Under the pieces are notes generated by a model that made no database searches, had not been told where the DNA came from, and saw only the letters and a list, made by a program, of their open reading frames with translations. Below are positions 45,449 to 53,599 of a DNA stretch of 53,783 nucleotides, in pieces. The stretch spans positions 1 to 53,783 of the forward strand of contig JAQBRJ010000022.1 in assembly GCA_028286545.1 (NCBI GenBank), given 5' to 3'. The translations under genes and the position numbers were made by a program. The DNA comes from Parcubacteria group bacterium. Its GTDB lineage: Bacteria > Patescibacteriota > Minisyncoccia > Phycocordibacterales > Phycocordibacteraceae. Numbering within the stretch: position 1 is the first letter of the stretch; each line of letters opens with the position of its first letter.

Positions 45449-45769
45449 CTAGCCCTTTGCAAGGATTCGCCGGGCAGCGACACAGGGGCTGTAGTTAGGC
45501 GTCCGAGCCTGACGGCAGTATGCCGCCATTTGCCGGACGACTTCCCGCTCCTGCGCTGTGGGGTGTCTGCCCTTCATAAAGATCCCCATCGCTCGCCGCA
45601 CCTCCTTTTCCTTAAGATCAGGAGGAAGGAGTGAGTCCAGAAAGGCATCTGCTCGCATCCCTCCAACCGTATGAATATCAGGTCGAATGATTGGAATGCC
45701 CTGCTGCTGGGCAATGACTTGGGAACTTGTCAGAACCAGGCTTATCCCCAGAATGAACTTCGTGCACAT
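45449..45769 (-). CDS. small secreted protein of unknown function (GC-rich cassette 5)
   Basis: Signal peptide MCTKFILGISLVLTSSQVIAQ and a GAGGAG SD 7 nt before the ATG. One line counted at 38/60 G+C. Confidence 0.55.
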   Translation of the reverse strand: MCTKFILGISLVLTSSQVIAQQQGIPIIRPDIHTVGGMRADAFLDSLLPPDLKEKEVRRAMGIFMKGRHPTAQEREVVRQMAAYCRQARTPNYSPCVAARRILAKG

Positions 45770-45795
45770 TGATATTCTCCTCGCCGAACTAAAAT

Positions 45796-45823
45796 AATAT
45801 AGATTGCGGAATTTTTATGTCAA
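45796..45823 (-). promoter_or_regulatory. near-consensus sigma70-type promoter for cassette 5
   Basis: On the minus strand: TTGACA, 16 nt, TATATT. Confidence 0.4.
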
Positions 45824-46266
45824 ATAGCCGCAGCTGAAACCTTTTTGAAATTGGTGCAGTTGTAAGGAGTGGAGGAAGAGCAGGCAGCACTTTTGAGACC
45901 CAGGAATTGTCTCGTCGTCATGGTTCAATCCGTGCGACTTATCAATCTCTGTTCTCTTAATTGCCAAACCTATGCCTATCTTCCGCGCGATCGGTTTCGG
46001 AATACTTCTTATAATTCTCCGAATCATGATCCCATCCGTCCTTTCAGAAGGTGAACAAACTGCTATATCGTTTCTGCATGGCGCTCGCGTCTCCGCAGAT
46101 ACTATGTCGCAAATTGCCGGAACTGCAGGAAGCGCATCTGTTTCGCTTTCTTCACTCCCTCCCCTCACCTATCCTCAAGCAACGACAATTCCCTTGTCTG
46201 CGCTTCCCTAACCCTCTTTTACAACCGGATGCTTGCGTCCGGTTCTTTATTTACCTACATACAAAA

Positions 46267-46299
46267 GCAAAGAGCGCGGCCGAAGGCCGCGCTCTTTGC
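46267..46299. terminator. hairpin terminator
   Basis: 15-bp stem gcaaagagcgcggcc / ggccgcgctctttgc with loop gaa. Confidence 0.7.
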
Positions 46300-46318
46300 A
46301 AGAATTCTTAGAACCCGA

Positions 46319-46711
46319 TTACATCGGCATTCCAGACGAGACCGCCATAGCGGGCTTGCTGGAAACAACTCCTGCGATGAGGAGTACAACACCGAGCACA
46401 ACGTGGAGCCAGTGGTCAGCCGTGTTCATCAAAACGAGGCCGAGCAACATGCCGCCTGAAGGAATCAAGATGAATCCAAGCACCGCAAGGAGCAAGTAGA
46501 TAACACCAAATACCTTGAGCCAAAGGCTAGACTTCTCTGGTGCAGACATTGCAACAATGAGAAGAACAACACCAATGAGCAAGTGTACGATGTTATGGAG
46601 AACATCTGTCTGGAAGAGTCCTGCTGAACCAACGAGTGGATTCGGAATGAATCCAAGGATGCCAACGAGGACGAATACGATACCGAACAGAACTGCAAGC
46701 TTTTTAGCCAT
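46319..46711 (-). CDS. DUF4383-like membrane protein
   Basis: 130 aa. MAKKLAVLFGIVFVLVGILGFIPNPLVG...DVLHNIVHLLIG is repeated in the second half (ADHWLHVVLG). Confidence 0.7.
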   Translation of the reverse strand: MAKKLAVLFGIVFVLVGILGFIPNPLVGSAGLFQTDVLHNIVHLLIGVVLLIVAMSAPEKSSLWLKVFGVIYLLLAVLGFILIPSGGMLLGLVLMNTADHWLHVVLGVVLLIAGVVSSKPAMAVSSGMPM

Positions 46712-46843
46712 AATGATTGGTAGTGATAAGTAGCTGATAAAGGCTGGTGCCCTATCAGATATAAGTATACTCCCGCGTTCATGAAGGAATTAGGAATGCT
46801 GGGTTCCTGTGGATATCGCCCATTACTGAAAGCCCGTGGACAG

Positions 46844-46869
46844 CCGCGCCAGGCTAGCGCCTGGCGCGG
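46844..46869. repeat. perfect 10-bp GC-rich inverted repeat in the leader of the AI-2E transporter gene
   Basis: ccgcgccagg-ctagcg-cctggcgcgg, ending 12 nt before ATG 46882. No T-run follows on either strand. Confidence 0.6.
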
Positions 46870-46881
46870 TATGCTATACAG

Positions 46882-47949
46882 ATGAACCACTCATCTGTCA
46901 GGCCGTATTTCCTTACTGTCATTATCTTACTCGTCCTCGTCGTTACCTATTGGGTCTTCAAACCGTTCCTCATAGCACTCTCATTGGCGGCTATTTCGTC
47001 GGTCATTTTGCGACCCGTATACAGACGAATACTTCGCATCATGCCCGAATGGCACGGTACTGCGGCAACCCTCGCATTGATCGTGGGCGTTATCGTCATA
47101 ATGGTGCCGCTCAGCTTCATTAGCTTCGAACTCTTTTCGCAAACGAAGAGCGTGTACTCGTCTGTCTCAGGACCGGGCGCATTAGTTCATCTACAGCACT
47201 TGGCAGATTCAACGGCACAATATCTTGATGCTAAAGTTCCCGGCTCAGGTGCTCGTGTGCGTGCACTTCCTGAAGATATCCGTGGGTATTCAAGCCAAGT
47301 CTTTAGTGTTGTGCTTTCGCATGCGGCAGGAGCCTTCACTCAGGTACTCGATCTCTTCTTGAAGTTTTTTATCTTCTTCTTGGCACTCTTCTTCTTTTTG
47401 AAGGAAGGCACTCACACGCACACGGCCATCTTACGTTTGTCTCCCCTTACGGATGAAGAGACCGACACGATTCTTTCTCGTCTCGCAATCACGGTGAACT
47501 CCGTTGTAAAAGGCAGCCTCTTTGTTGGTGTGATTCAAGGTATTCTCGCCTGCGTCGGCTTTACGATCTTTGGACTCCCGAACAGTTTGCTCTGGGGTAC
47601 CATGACCGGCTTTGCTGCCTTTGTCCCGGGTATTGGTACCTCACTCGTTCTTATTCCAAGCATCGTCTACCTCTTTATTGTTGGACACACGTTGCCCGCC
47701 ATCGGTCTTCTACTCTGGAGCGTGCTCGCTATCGGTCTTGTCGACAACTTCCTCAATCCACGAATTATCGGAAACCGAATGAGCATCCACCCCCTTATTA
47801 TTCTTCTCTCAGTACTTGGCGGCCTCGTCTTCTACGGTCCTGCGGGAGTATTCCTTGGACCACTCACGGTGAGCTTGCTTGTAAGCTTGCTTTCAATTTA
47901 CGCTCCACCGGATACTAAGAGTAATTCTGCTGGTTCGCTGCAAGTGTAG
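46882..47949 (+). CDS. AI-2E family (UPF0118/PerM) transporter
   Basis: 355 aa and ~8 TM segments, with the typical FVPGIGT and LNPRIIGN strings. Confidence 0.75.
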   Translation: MNHSSVRPYFLTVIILLVLVVTYWVFKPFLIALSLAAISSVILRPVYRRILRIMPEWHGTAATLALIVGVIVIMVPLSFISFELFSQTKSVYSSVSGPGALVHLQHLADSTAQYLDAKVPGSGARVRALPEDIRGYSSQVFSVVLSHAAGAFTQVLDLFLKFFIFFLALFFFLKEGTHTHTAILRLSPLTDEETDTILSRLAITVNSVVKGSLFVGVIQGILACVGFTIFGLPNSLLWGTMTGFAAFVPGIGTSLVLIPSIVYLFIVGHTLPAIGLLLWSVLAIGLVDNFLNPRIIGNRMSIHPLIILLSVLGGLVFYGPAGVFLGPLTVSLLVSLLSIYAPPDTKSNSAGSLQV

Positions 47950-47955
47950 CGACAG

Positions 47956-47996
47956 AAAGCAAAAGGACCGCACCTCTGGTGCGGTCCTTTTGCTTT
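47956..47996. terminator. bidirectional terminator
   Basis: 19-bp stem aaagcaaaaggaccgcacc / ggtgcggtccttttgcttt. Confidence 0.7.
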
Positions 47997-48011
47997 TGTT
48001 CTTCTATCGTT

Positions 48012-48563
48012 CTACTTAAACGATCCGATAAATTCTGTGAGTGCAGCAATCGCTCCAGTCACGTGCTCTTTGGTTACATCGTCGGTGAGCTCGCCTTCTG
48101 AGCTGAACACATTCTGTGCGCTACCCAGATAAAACTCAGGCTGACCCATCACATGTGCGCCCATGAAGAGCATGGACTGACGTACTTCTGCTTGAGCAAG
48201 TGCCGTGCCCACGTGACCCATTGAAGCACCAGCAACGAACACGGGCTTCCCTTTCCAAGCCCCGTGACTATACGGACGACTTGTCCAATCAATAGCATTC
48301 TTCAGCACGCCCGGCACTCCGCGGTTATATTCAGGCGTAACGACAATGATGCCATCTGCTGCCTCAACCTGTTCCTTGAGTGCCGTCGCTTCCTTTGGGA
48401 ACTCTGCTTCAAGGTCCTGGTTAAAGAGTGGAAGGTTGCTGATATCAGCAACCGTTACCTCAACACCATCGGGAGCGAGATCCTTAAAGGCATGGGCAAG
48501 CATGGTGTTATATGACTTTTCACGAAGTGAGCCAGAAATGGCGAGTAGTTTGTAGGTCGACAT
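48012..48563 (-). CDS. NAD(P)H-dependent FMN reductase
   Basis: LLAISGSLREKSYNTML, TPEYNRGVPGVLKNAIDW. Confidence 0.8.
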   Translation of the reverse strand: MSTYKLLAISGSLREKSYNTMLAHAFKDLAPDGVEVTVADISNLPLFNQDLEAEFPKEATALKEQVEAADGIIVVTPEYNRGVPGVLKNAIDWTSRPYSHGAWKGKPVFVAGASMGHVGTALAQAEVRQSMLFMGAHVMGQPEFYLGSAQNVFSSEGELTDDVTKEHVTGAIAALTEFIGSFK

Positions 48564-48629
48564 ACGAAAAATTAGTTATGGTTGAATACTCCTTATATCA
48601 GAAGGAATTTTCAGGGGTTGTGGGGATAA

Positions 48630-49283
48630 CTATTTGCCGAACTCTGTCACAGAACGAGGCAGTAAGAAAACAACAGAAAGCCAGAAGAAACCGAGCAAAA
48701 AGCCTGCTATGACGTCCGTAAAGTAGTGGTAATTCAATACCATACGACTGAAACCAACCAAGAGCACTATCAATCCAGGGAGAATGATTGCAGCAGTTTT
48801 GGTGACAGCAGAGTTTGCCCGTCTGTATAGCGAGACTGCAACAAATCCATAAAACGCCATGGAGAGCGTTGAGTGTCCACTGGGAAATGAAAAAGACGAT
48901 TCAGGAACCAACCACGTAAGAACTTCGGGACGAATACGCTCTACAAAGGACTTTGCTGCTTCGACAGAAAGTCCTGCACCAGCAAGTAGCACTACGAGAC
49001 GTACGATACTCGATCGACTGCGCCGCAAAAAGTATGCAGCGCCAAGTGCAATGAGCGCTACGCCGAGAACACTACCAAGCGTTGTTATACCAATGAAGAC
49101 TTGTACGGATGCAAACGACTGCAGCCATGCAATGTGCGGCGTAACCAATGCATCAAGGTCGTCGAGGGTGTCTGGAGAAAAACGCGCAAGCAACAGCATG
49201 GCAGCAAAAGCAACGCCAGAAAGAAATGCACAAACTAACCAGAAATGATTTGGTCGCGTGTGCTTGAGATGAGCTTTTGACAT
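48630..49283 (-). CDS. PAP2-family phosphatase (second copy in the window)
   Basis: KSFVERIRP, FPSGHS and SRMVLNYHYFTDV are the three PAP2 motifs. Confidence 0.78.
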   Translation of the reverse strand: MSKAHLKHTRPNHFWLVCAFLSGVAFAAMLLLARFSPDTLDDLDALVTPHIAWLQSFASVQVFIGITTLGSVLGVALIALGAAYFLRRSRSSIVRLVVLLAGAGLSVEAAKSFVERIRPEVLTWLVPESSFSFPSGHSTLSMAFYGFVAVSLYRRANSAVTKTAAIILPGLIVLLVGFSRMVLNYHYFTDVIAGFLLGFFWLSVVFLLPRSVTEFGK

Positions 49284-49301
49284 TTGTCCATCATACCAAG
49301 C

Positions 49302-49335
49302 AAAGAGGCCTGTCCCCTAGGGGACAGGCCTCTTT
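49302..49335. terminator. hairpin terminator
   Basis: 16-bp stem aaagaggcctgtcccc / ggggacaggcctcttt. Confidence 0.7.
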
Positions 49336-49355
49336 CGCTCGAGAATAATTTCCTG

Positions 49356-50093
49356 CTACTTTAGTTCCGCAGTAACTTCTGCAGAAATACCTGCGTAGAA
49401 CTGTTCAGGTGACATGCCGGTAAAGAGTTTCTTTCCCACGACAATACTTGGCGTACCGTTGATACCCATTGCCGCGCCTTCGGCGCGACTCGCGTCGATA
49501 AGCTGAATGTACTCATTGCCCTTGCTCTTTACGAGCGCATCCACTTTCGCAACATCGAGTCCTGGGATGGTTTTCGCAAGCGTATCGATAGTCGACATCT
49601 TACCGAAGCCCTTATCTCCTTCATCATCCTGTGCGTTAAACATCGCTACGTACCAGTCGTAGAACTTGTCTGGCTGTGACTCCCACAGTGCGCGTCCAAA
49701 GACTGCCGCGTCGAGTGAATCATTACCCAAGAACTGGAAGTCCTTGAAGACAATCTTCAACTTGCCGGTCTTCACGTAATTCGCAACGAGCTGTGGTGAT
49801 ACCGTCTGCTCAAACTGCTTACAGAATGGGCACTGGTAGTCGTAGAAGAGTGCCATGGTAACAGGCGCATTTGCCTCCCCAATGAATGGCTCGCCTTTAG
49901 TCGTTACCTTTGCGATGTCCACTGCAGGAGCGGTTGCTGTTCCCGCTGGAGCTGGAGCCGCGCCTCCCATACCGCGACCATAAATAAAGGCAAAGGCAAT
50001 AATAACTGCCGCCACAATCACCGCGATCGGCGTGAGGTAGCGATCCAAAAATACCTTGCTGCTGTTTGTTGTGTCCATATACGTTCCTATCAA
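49356..50093 (-). CDS. DsbA/BdbD-like thioredoxin-fold thiol-disulfide oxidoreductase, membrane anchored
   Basis: N-terminal TM segment, CPFC active site, and GINGTPSIVVG (the cis-Pro region). Confidence 0.75.
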   Translation of the reverse strand: MIGTYMDTTNSSKVFLDRYLTPIAVIVAAVIIAFAFIYGRGMGGAAPAPAGTATAPAVDIAKVTTKGEPFIGEANAPVTMALFYDYQCPFCKQFEQTVSPQLVANYVKTGKLKIVFKDFQFLGNDSLDAAVFGRALWESQPDKFYDWYVAMFNAQDDEGDKGFGKMSTIDTLAKTIPGLDVAKVDALVKSKGNEYIQLIDASRAEGAAMGINGTPSIVVGKKLFTGMSPEQFYAGISAEVTAELK

Positions 50094-50097
50094 TTAC

Positions 50098-50607
50098 TTA
50101 TTTCTTTCCTTTCTTTGTAGATTTCTTTGCTGCTTTTTTCACAGTCTTCTTAACTGTTTTCTTTGCAGGCTTGGTTGCTTTCTTTACCGCCTTCTTCACG
50201 CTCTTTGTCGCTGAAGCTGCAGTCTTCTTTACGCTCTTCGTTGCAGACTTTCCTGCTGACGTAATTTCGCGCTGCACTTCCTTCCAATTCTTCTTAAGCT
50301 CTGTTGCTGCAGACTTAAGATCGTTCTTATCAATAGAGCGAACGGTGCTGTATGCAGCGGTAGCGCGATCAACGATGGTAGCAATCGCCTTCTGGTCGAG
50401 CTTCTTAAGCTTCTTCGCTTCCTTCAAGACATCGTTCTTCATGTCCTTCGTCCACTTGCTTGCTGCTGCACGATGCTTCTTCGCGTTCTTATCACCATAG
50501 AAGTAGTAGCCTGCGCCAGCTGCCGCTGCTGCAGCGAGAACGCCTGCGCCCACTTCCATTACGGTCGTTGCAGTACTCTGTCCTTTCTTTCCTTTTGCTT
50601 GTGCCAT
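50098..50607 (-). CDS. YtxH-like protein with a Lys-rich histone-H1-like repeat tail
   Basis: Gly/Ala hydrophobic N-terminus (VGAGVLAAAAAAGAGYYFYG), a helical middle and a tail of KSVKK/KTVKK repeats. Confidence 0.5.
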   Translation of the reverse strand: MAQAKGKKGQSTATTVMEVGAGVLAAAAAAGAGYYFYGDKNAKKHRAAASKWTKDMKNDVLKEAKKLKKLDQKAIATIVDRATAAYSTVRSIDKNDLKSAATELKKNWKEVQREITSAGKSATKSVKKTAASATKSVKKAVKKATKPAKKTVKKTVKKAAKKSTKKGKK

Positions 50608-50624
50608 AAAAATATAATGAGTTA

Positions 50625-50912
50625 TTAAGACTTAGGTTTAGATTTTTTCTTCGTGGAGGAGAGGCGCTTGGCCGTCTTTCCGAAGAATGAGAACAAAGGT
50701 ACAAACCGGAGCCCGCGCTTGATACCGCCGCGCATCTCATCGAGGTCTGCGCGTATTGCCTCTGTCTCCTCTTCAACTTCAACCGCAATGCGATTGGCAG
50801 TGTTGAGGAACCGAGCAACGTAGACCAAGACTACGCACACGAGTATCCCGACGATCACCAAGGCGATCGTCGCTACGACGAAGAATATATCCATCTTTAG
50901 GAATTCGTTCAT
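50625..50912 (-). CDS. DUF948-like small membrane protein
   Basis: 95 aa with an N-terminal TM segment, then LNTANRIAVEVEEETEAIRADLDEM and a basic tail. It pairs with a YtxH-like gene, as in Firmicutes. Confidence 0.5.
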   Translation of the reverse strand: MNEFLKMDIFFVVATIALVIVGILVCVVLVYVARFLNTANRIAVEVEEETEAIRADLDEMRGGIKRGLRFVPLFSFFGKTAKRLSSTKKKSKPKS

Positions 50913-50978
50913 GGCTCGGGACCTGTTTAGTATAGCGTGCTTAGGGTGAACAAATGCTTAATCCACAGCGCTCCGCTC

Positions 50979-51138
50979 GGCATAGGCGCACGACTCGCAG
51001 CCCCTGCTTCAGAGCGCCGCGAGTGCATGGTCGCCAAATAGCCGAAAACCGCTAAACCGCTTCGCTAGTCGCGGTTTTCGACTTTGGCTCCCTGCACTGC
51101 TGGCTGCTTACGCAGAAGCGAGCCGGTGTGCCTATGTC
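50979..51138 (+). ncRNA. candidate structured RNA: ~160-nt GC-rich imperfect hairpin upstream of the TIR gene
   Basis: Hand-paired helices: 50981-50998 with 51118-51136, 51022-51027 with 51093-51098, 51033-51038 with 51083-51088, and a 10-bp apical stem 51043-51052 with 51071-51080. At least three G-U pairs exist only in the plus-strand RNA. One line counted at 37/60 G+C. No ORF. Confidence 0.3.
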
Positions 51139-51187
51139 TTCGCTTCGTCGTCCTTCTGGAGAAGCATAGGGGCGGCTGATATACTAC

Positions 51188-52192
51188 ATGCCTATGGCAA
51201 CTTTTATTGAACGATCTGCTGTCCTGGTTAGCACGGCAGCAAAGCTAGCTGGACTTCAGGGTCGTTCGGATGAAGAAAAGATCTTGCAAAAGGCGAAGGT
51301 TCGTCTGGTTGAAACCGGCTACGACAATTGGAATGGGGGCATAACGCTTTACACGTTAATGTTGGAAATTCCTTTAAAGATGTATTCAAAAATTGAGGGA
51401 ATGAGAAAGGAATTTGAGATATCTATACGCGATAGGATTGCAGATATTACTCGTACAGAATCTGATAATTCAATATCAGATGTTGTTATCACTCCCATTC
51501 TATTTGATGAAAGCGTCGAGGAAGAAAGTACTGACGAAAATAATGAGACTGAGACACTGCCCTCCTTCTGGCAACCCGGTTATTTCAGGCTATTTATAAG
51601 TCATTCTTCAGCGGTTAAAACGTGGGCTCATACCTTAAAGAAAGCTCTTGCAGGATTTCAAGTTGCGGCCTTTGTTGCACACGACGATATTGAACCGAGT
51701 CTTGAATGGCAATCAGAAATTGAGAGCGCTCTAAGAACAATGGATGCCCTCGCAGCAATAATCACGCCCAGGTTCTCAACTAGTAAGTGGTGCGACCAAG
51801 AAGTGGGATTTGCTCTTGGAAAAGAGAAACTTGTTGTGCCTCTTACAACAGAAGCATCTCCCCATGGCTTCTTGGGAAAGATACAAGCTCTAAAAATTAA
51901 AGATCTTCCAGCATCAGAGGTGGCAAATAAAATCGTTGATATTCTTCTCAAGAACACTTCTTCTTCGCCTAGAATGACGGAAGCATTAGTAGACAGTCTC
52001 GTAAATTCTGCAAGCTGGGACGCATCTCGTCGGATAATGACAGTTCTTGAAAAAGTACCCGCCCTCAATCAGACTCAAATCGCGAGACTAATCACTGCCT
52101 CGGAAGAGAATATAGATGTTAAACAAGCATTTATGGGACATTCAACTGTTCCTGAACGAATCCAGTTATTGATAGAAAGACTATCTAAATAA
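51188..52192 (+). CDS. TIR-domain protein with unrecognised N- and C-terminal domains
   Basis: Residues ~132-235 read FRLFISHSSAVKTWAHTLKKAL...VAHDDIEPSLEWQSEIESAL...ITPRFSTSKWCDQEVGFALGKEKLVVPL, a bacterial TIR pattern with the conserved Glu in WCDQEV. The gene is AT-rich. Confidence 0.8.
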   Translation: MPMATFIERSAVLVSTAAKLAGLQGRSDEEKILQKAKVRLVETGYDNWNGGITLYTLMLEIPLKMYSKIEGMRKEFEISIRDRIADITRTESDNSISDVVITPILFDESVEEESTDENNETETLPSFWQPGYFRLFISHSSAVKTWAHTLKKALAGFQVAAFVAHDDIEPSLEWQSEIESALRTMDALAAIITPRFSTSKWCDQEVGFALGKEKLVVPLTTEASPHGFLGKIQALKIKDLPASEVANKIVDILLKNTSSSPRMTEALVDSLVNSASWDASRRIMTVLEKVPALNQTQIARLITASEENIDVKQAFMGHSTVPERIQLLIERLSK

Positions 52193-52218
52193 GAAGTTAA
52201 ATTGAAATTGAGAAATGT

Positions 52219-52249
52219 AAAACACCCAGGACATTGTCCTGGGTGTTTT
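52219..52249. terminator. bidirectional terminator between the TIR gene and the DEAD-box helicase gene
   Basis: 14-bp stem aaaacacccaggac / gtcctgggtgtttt with loop att. Confidence 0.65.
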
Positions 52250-52273
52250 GCTTGTTTACTTTCGTCTATCGGA

Positions 52274-53599
52274 TTACTCCCCGATAAACGTAAGCGCCTT
52301 GCCGGTCTTGCCAGCGCGGCCGGTACGACCGATGCGGTGTGTGTAATCTTCGTAGGTTGCAGGAAGATCAAAGTTGATCACGTGCGATACCCCTGAGATA
52401 TCAAGACCGCGAGCAGCAACGTCTGTCGCTACGAGTACGCGAACATGATTCTGCTTGAAGAGGCCAAGTGCCTTCTGGCGGCGTCCTTGGGTCTTGTCGC
52501 CATGGATGCTCTCAGAAGGAATACCAGCACGATTCAAGTCATTCGTAAGACGCTCAACACCATGCTTGGTGCGTCCGAAGACGAGTACCTTATCGAACTC
52601 TTTAGCGTCCGCAAGCATATCAAGAAGCTTCGCAAGCTTGTCCTGTGAACGCACACGTACGACGTCCTGGTCGATAGTCTGCGCCGTGTCACGAGTCTTC
52701 ACAGAGACGCGTGCAGGGTTGTGCAAGAATCCTCCGATGAGTGCTTCGATGTCGCGTGAAAGCGTAGCGGTGAAGAAGAGCGTATGACGAGGTGTCGGCA
52801 TAGTGCTCATGATCTCGCGCATGTCATTGATGAATCCCATGTCGAGCATGCGATCAGCCTCATCGAGAACGACGGTATTGAAGCCTCCGAGTGAAAGCGT
52901 ACGGCGCTCCATCAAGTCCTTAAGACGTCCTGGTGTTCCAATGACGAAGTTAGGGTTACGGCGAAGTCCACGCATCTGGGGTTCGATTCCCGCGCCACCT
53001 ACACAGGTAACGGCGTTAATTTGCAGGCGCTTAGCGAATCCGTAGAACTCTTCCTCGATCTGAATAGCGAGCTCACGGGTTGGGACCATGATGAGCACGC
53101 GTTCAGTACGATCCTTGAGAACCTTGTCGATAAGGGGAATAAGGAATGCAGCAGTCTTGCCGGTTCCGGTATTCGCCATACCTACGATGTCCTCACCATT
53201 AAGGACGAAAGGGATTGCCTTGTCCTGAATTGGTGTTGGATGAAGATATCCTTTTGCAATGATGTTCTGCTTGAGCTGATCGTCGATTGCGAAATCAGCG
53301 AACGCTACGTCTGGCACGTATGCCGGGACATCTTCTTGAGGCTTTGCCTTATTAATAAGCTTTGAGAGGTCGACATCCATTTCCTGGTGTCCACGCTTTC
53401 CTCCTCCTGAACGAGAGCCTCCCCCGTTTCCACGAGAGCGACCGCCACCGAAGCTGCTGCCTCCGCGACTGTTGTTGTCATATGAACGTCCGCGGTCTCC
53501 GCCTGAGCGTGAACCACCTCCGTTAGAACCACCGAAATTGCTGCGCGATCCCTGTGGTGCGCGGCGGCCGTCGGTACGGCGAATATACGTTGTTGCCAT
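52274..53599 (-). CDS. DEAD-box ATP-dependent RNA helicase with an N-terminal Arg/Gly/Ser-rich extension
   Basis: Q motif (GYLHPTPIQ), motif I (ANTGTGKTAAF), DEAD (VLDEADRM), HRIGRTGRAG. Start taken at MATTYIRR (the track ORF uses an upstream TTG at 53650). Confidence 0.9.
   Translation of the reverse strand: MATTYIRRTDGRRAPQGSRSNFGGSNGGGSRSGGDRGRSYDNNSRGGSSFGGGRSRGNGGGSRSGGGKRGHQEMDVDLSKLINKAKPQEDVPAYVPDVAFADFAIDDQLKQNIIAKGYLHPTPIQDKAIPFVLNGEDIVGMANTGTGKTAAFLIPLIDKVLKDRTERVLIMVPTRELAIQIEEEFYGFAKRLQINAVTCVGGAGIEPQMRGLRRNPNFVIGTPGRLKDLMERRTLSLGGFNTVVLDEADRMLDMGFINDMREIMSTMPTPRHTLFFTATLSRDIEALIGGFLHNPARVSVKTRDTAQTIDQDVVRVRSQDKLAKLLDMLADAKEFDKVLVFGRTKHGVERLTNDLNRAGIPSESIHGDKTQGRRQKALGLFKQNHVRVLVATDVAARGLDISGVSHVINFDLPATYEDYTHRIGRTGRAGKTGKALTFIGE

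Noticed and set aside
50979-51138. Interpreting the long hairpin as an integron attC site or as 6S RNA
   Set aside because: The terminal boxes read CATAGGC...GCCTATG, the opposite arrangement to attC R''/R' (RYYYAAC...GTTRRRY), and no integrase or cassette array is present. The fold is an almost continuous rod without the large central bubble of 6S RNA.
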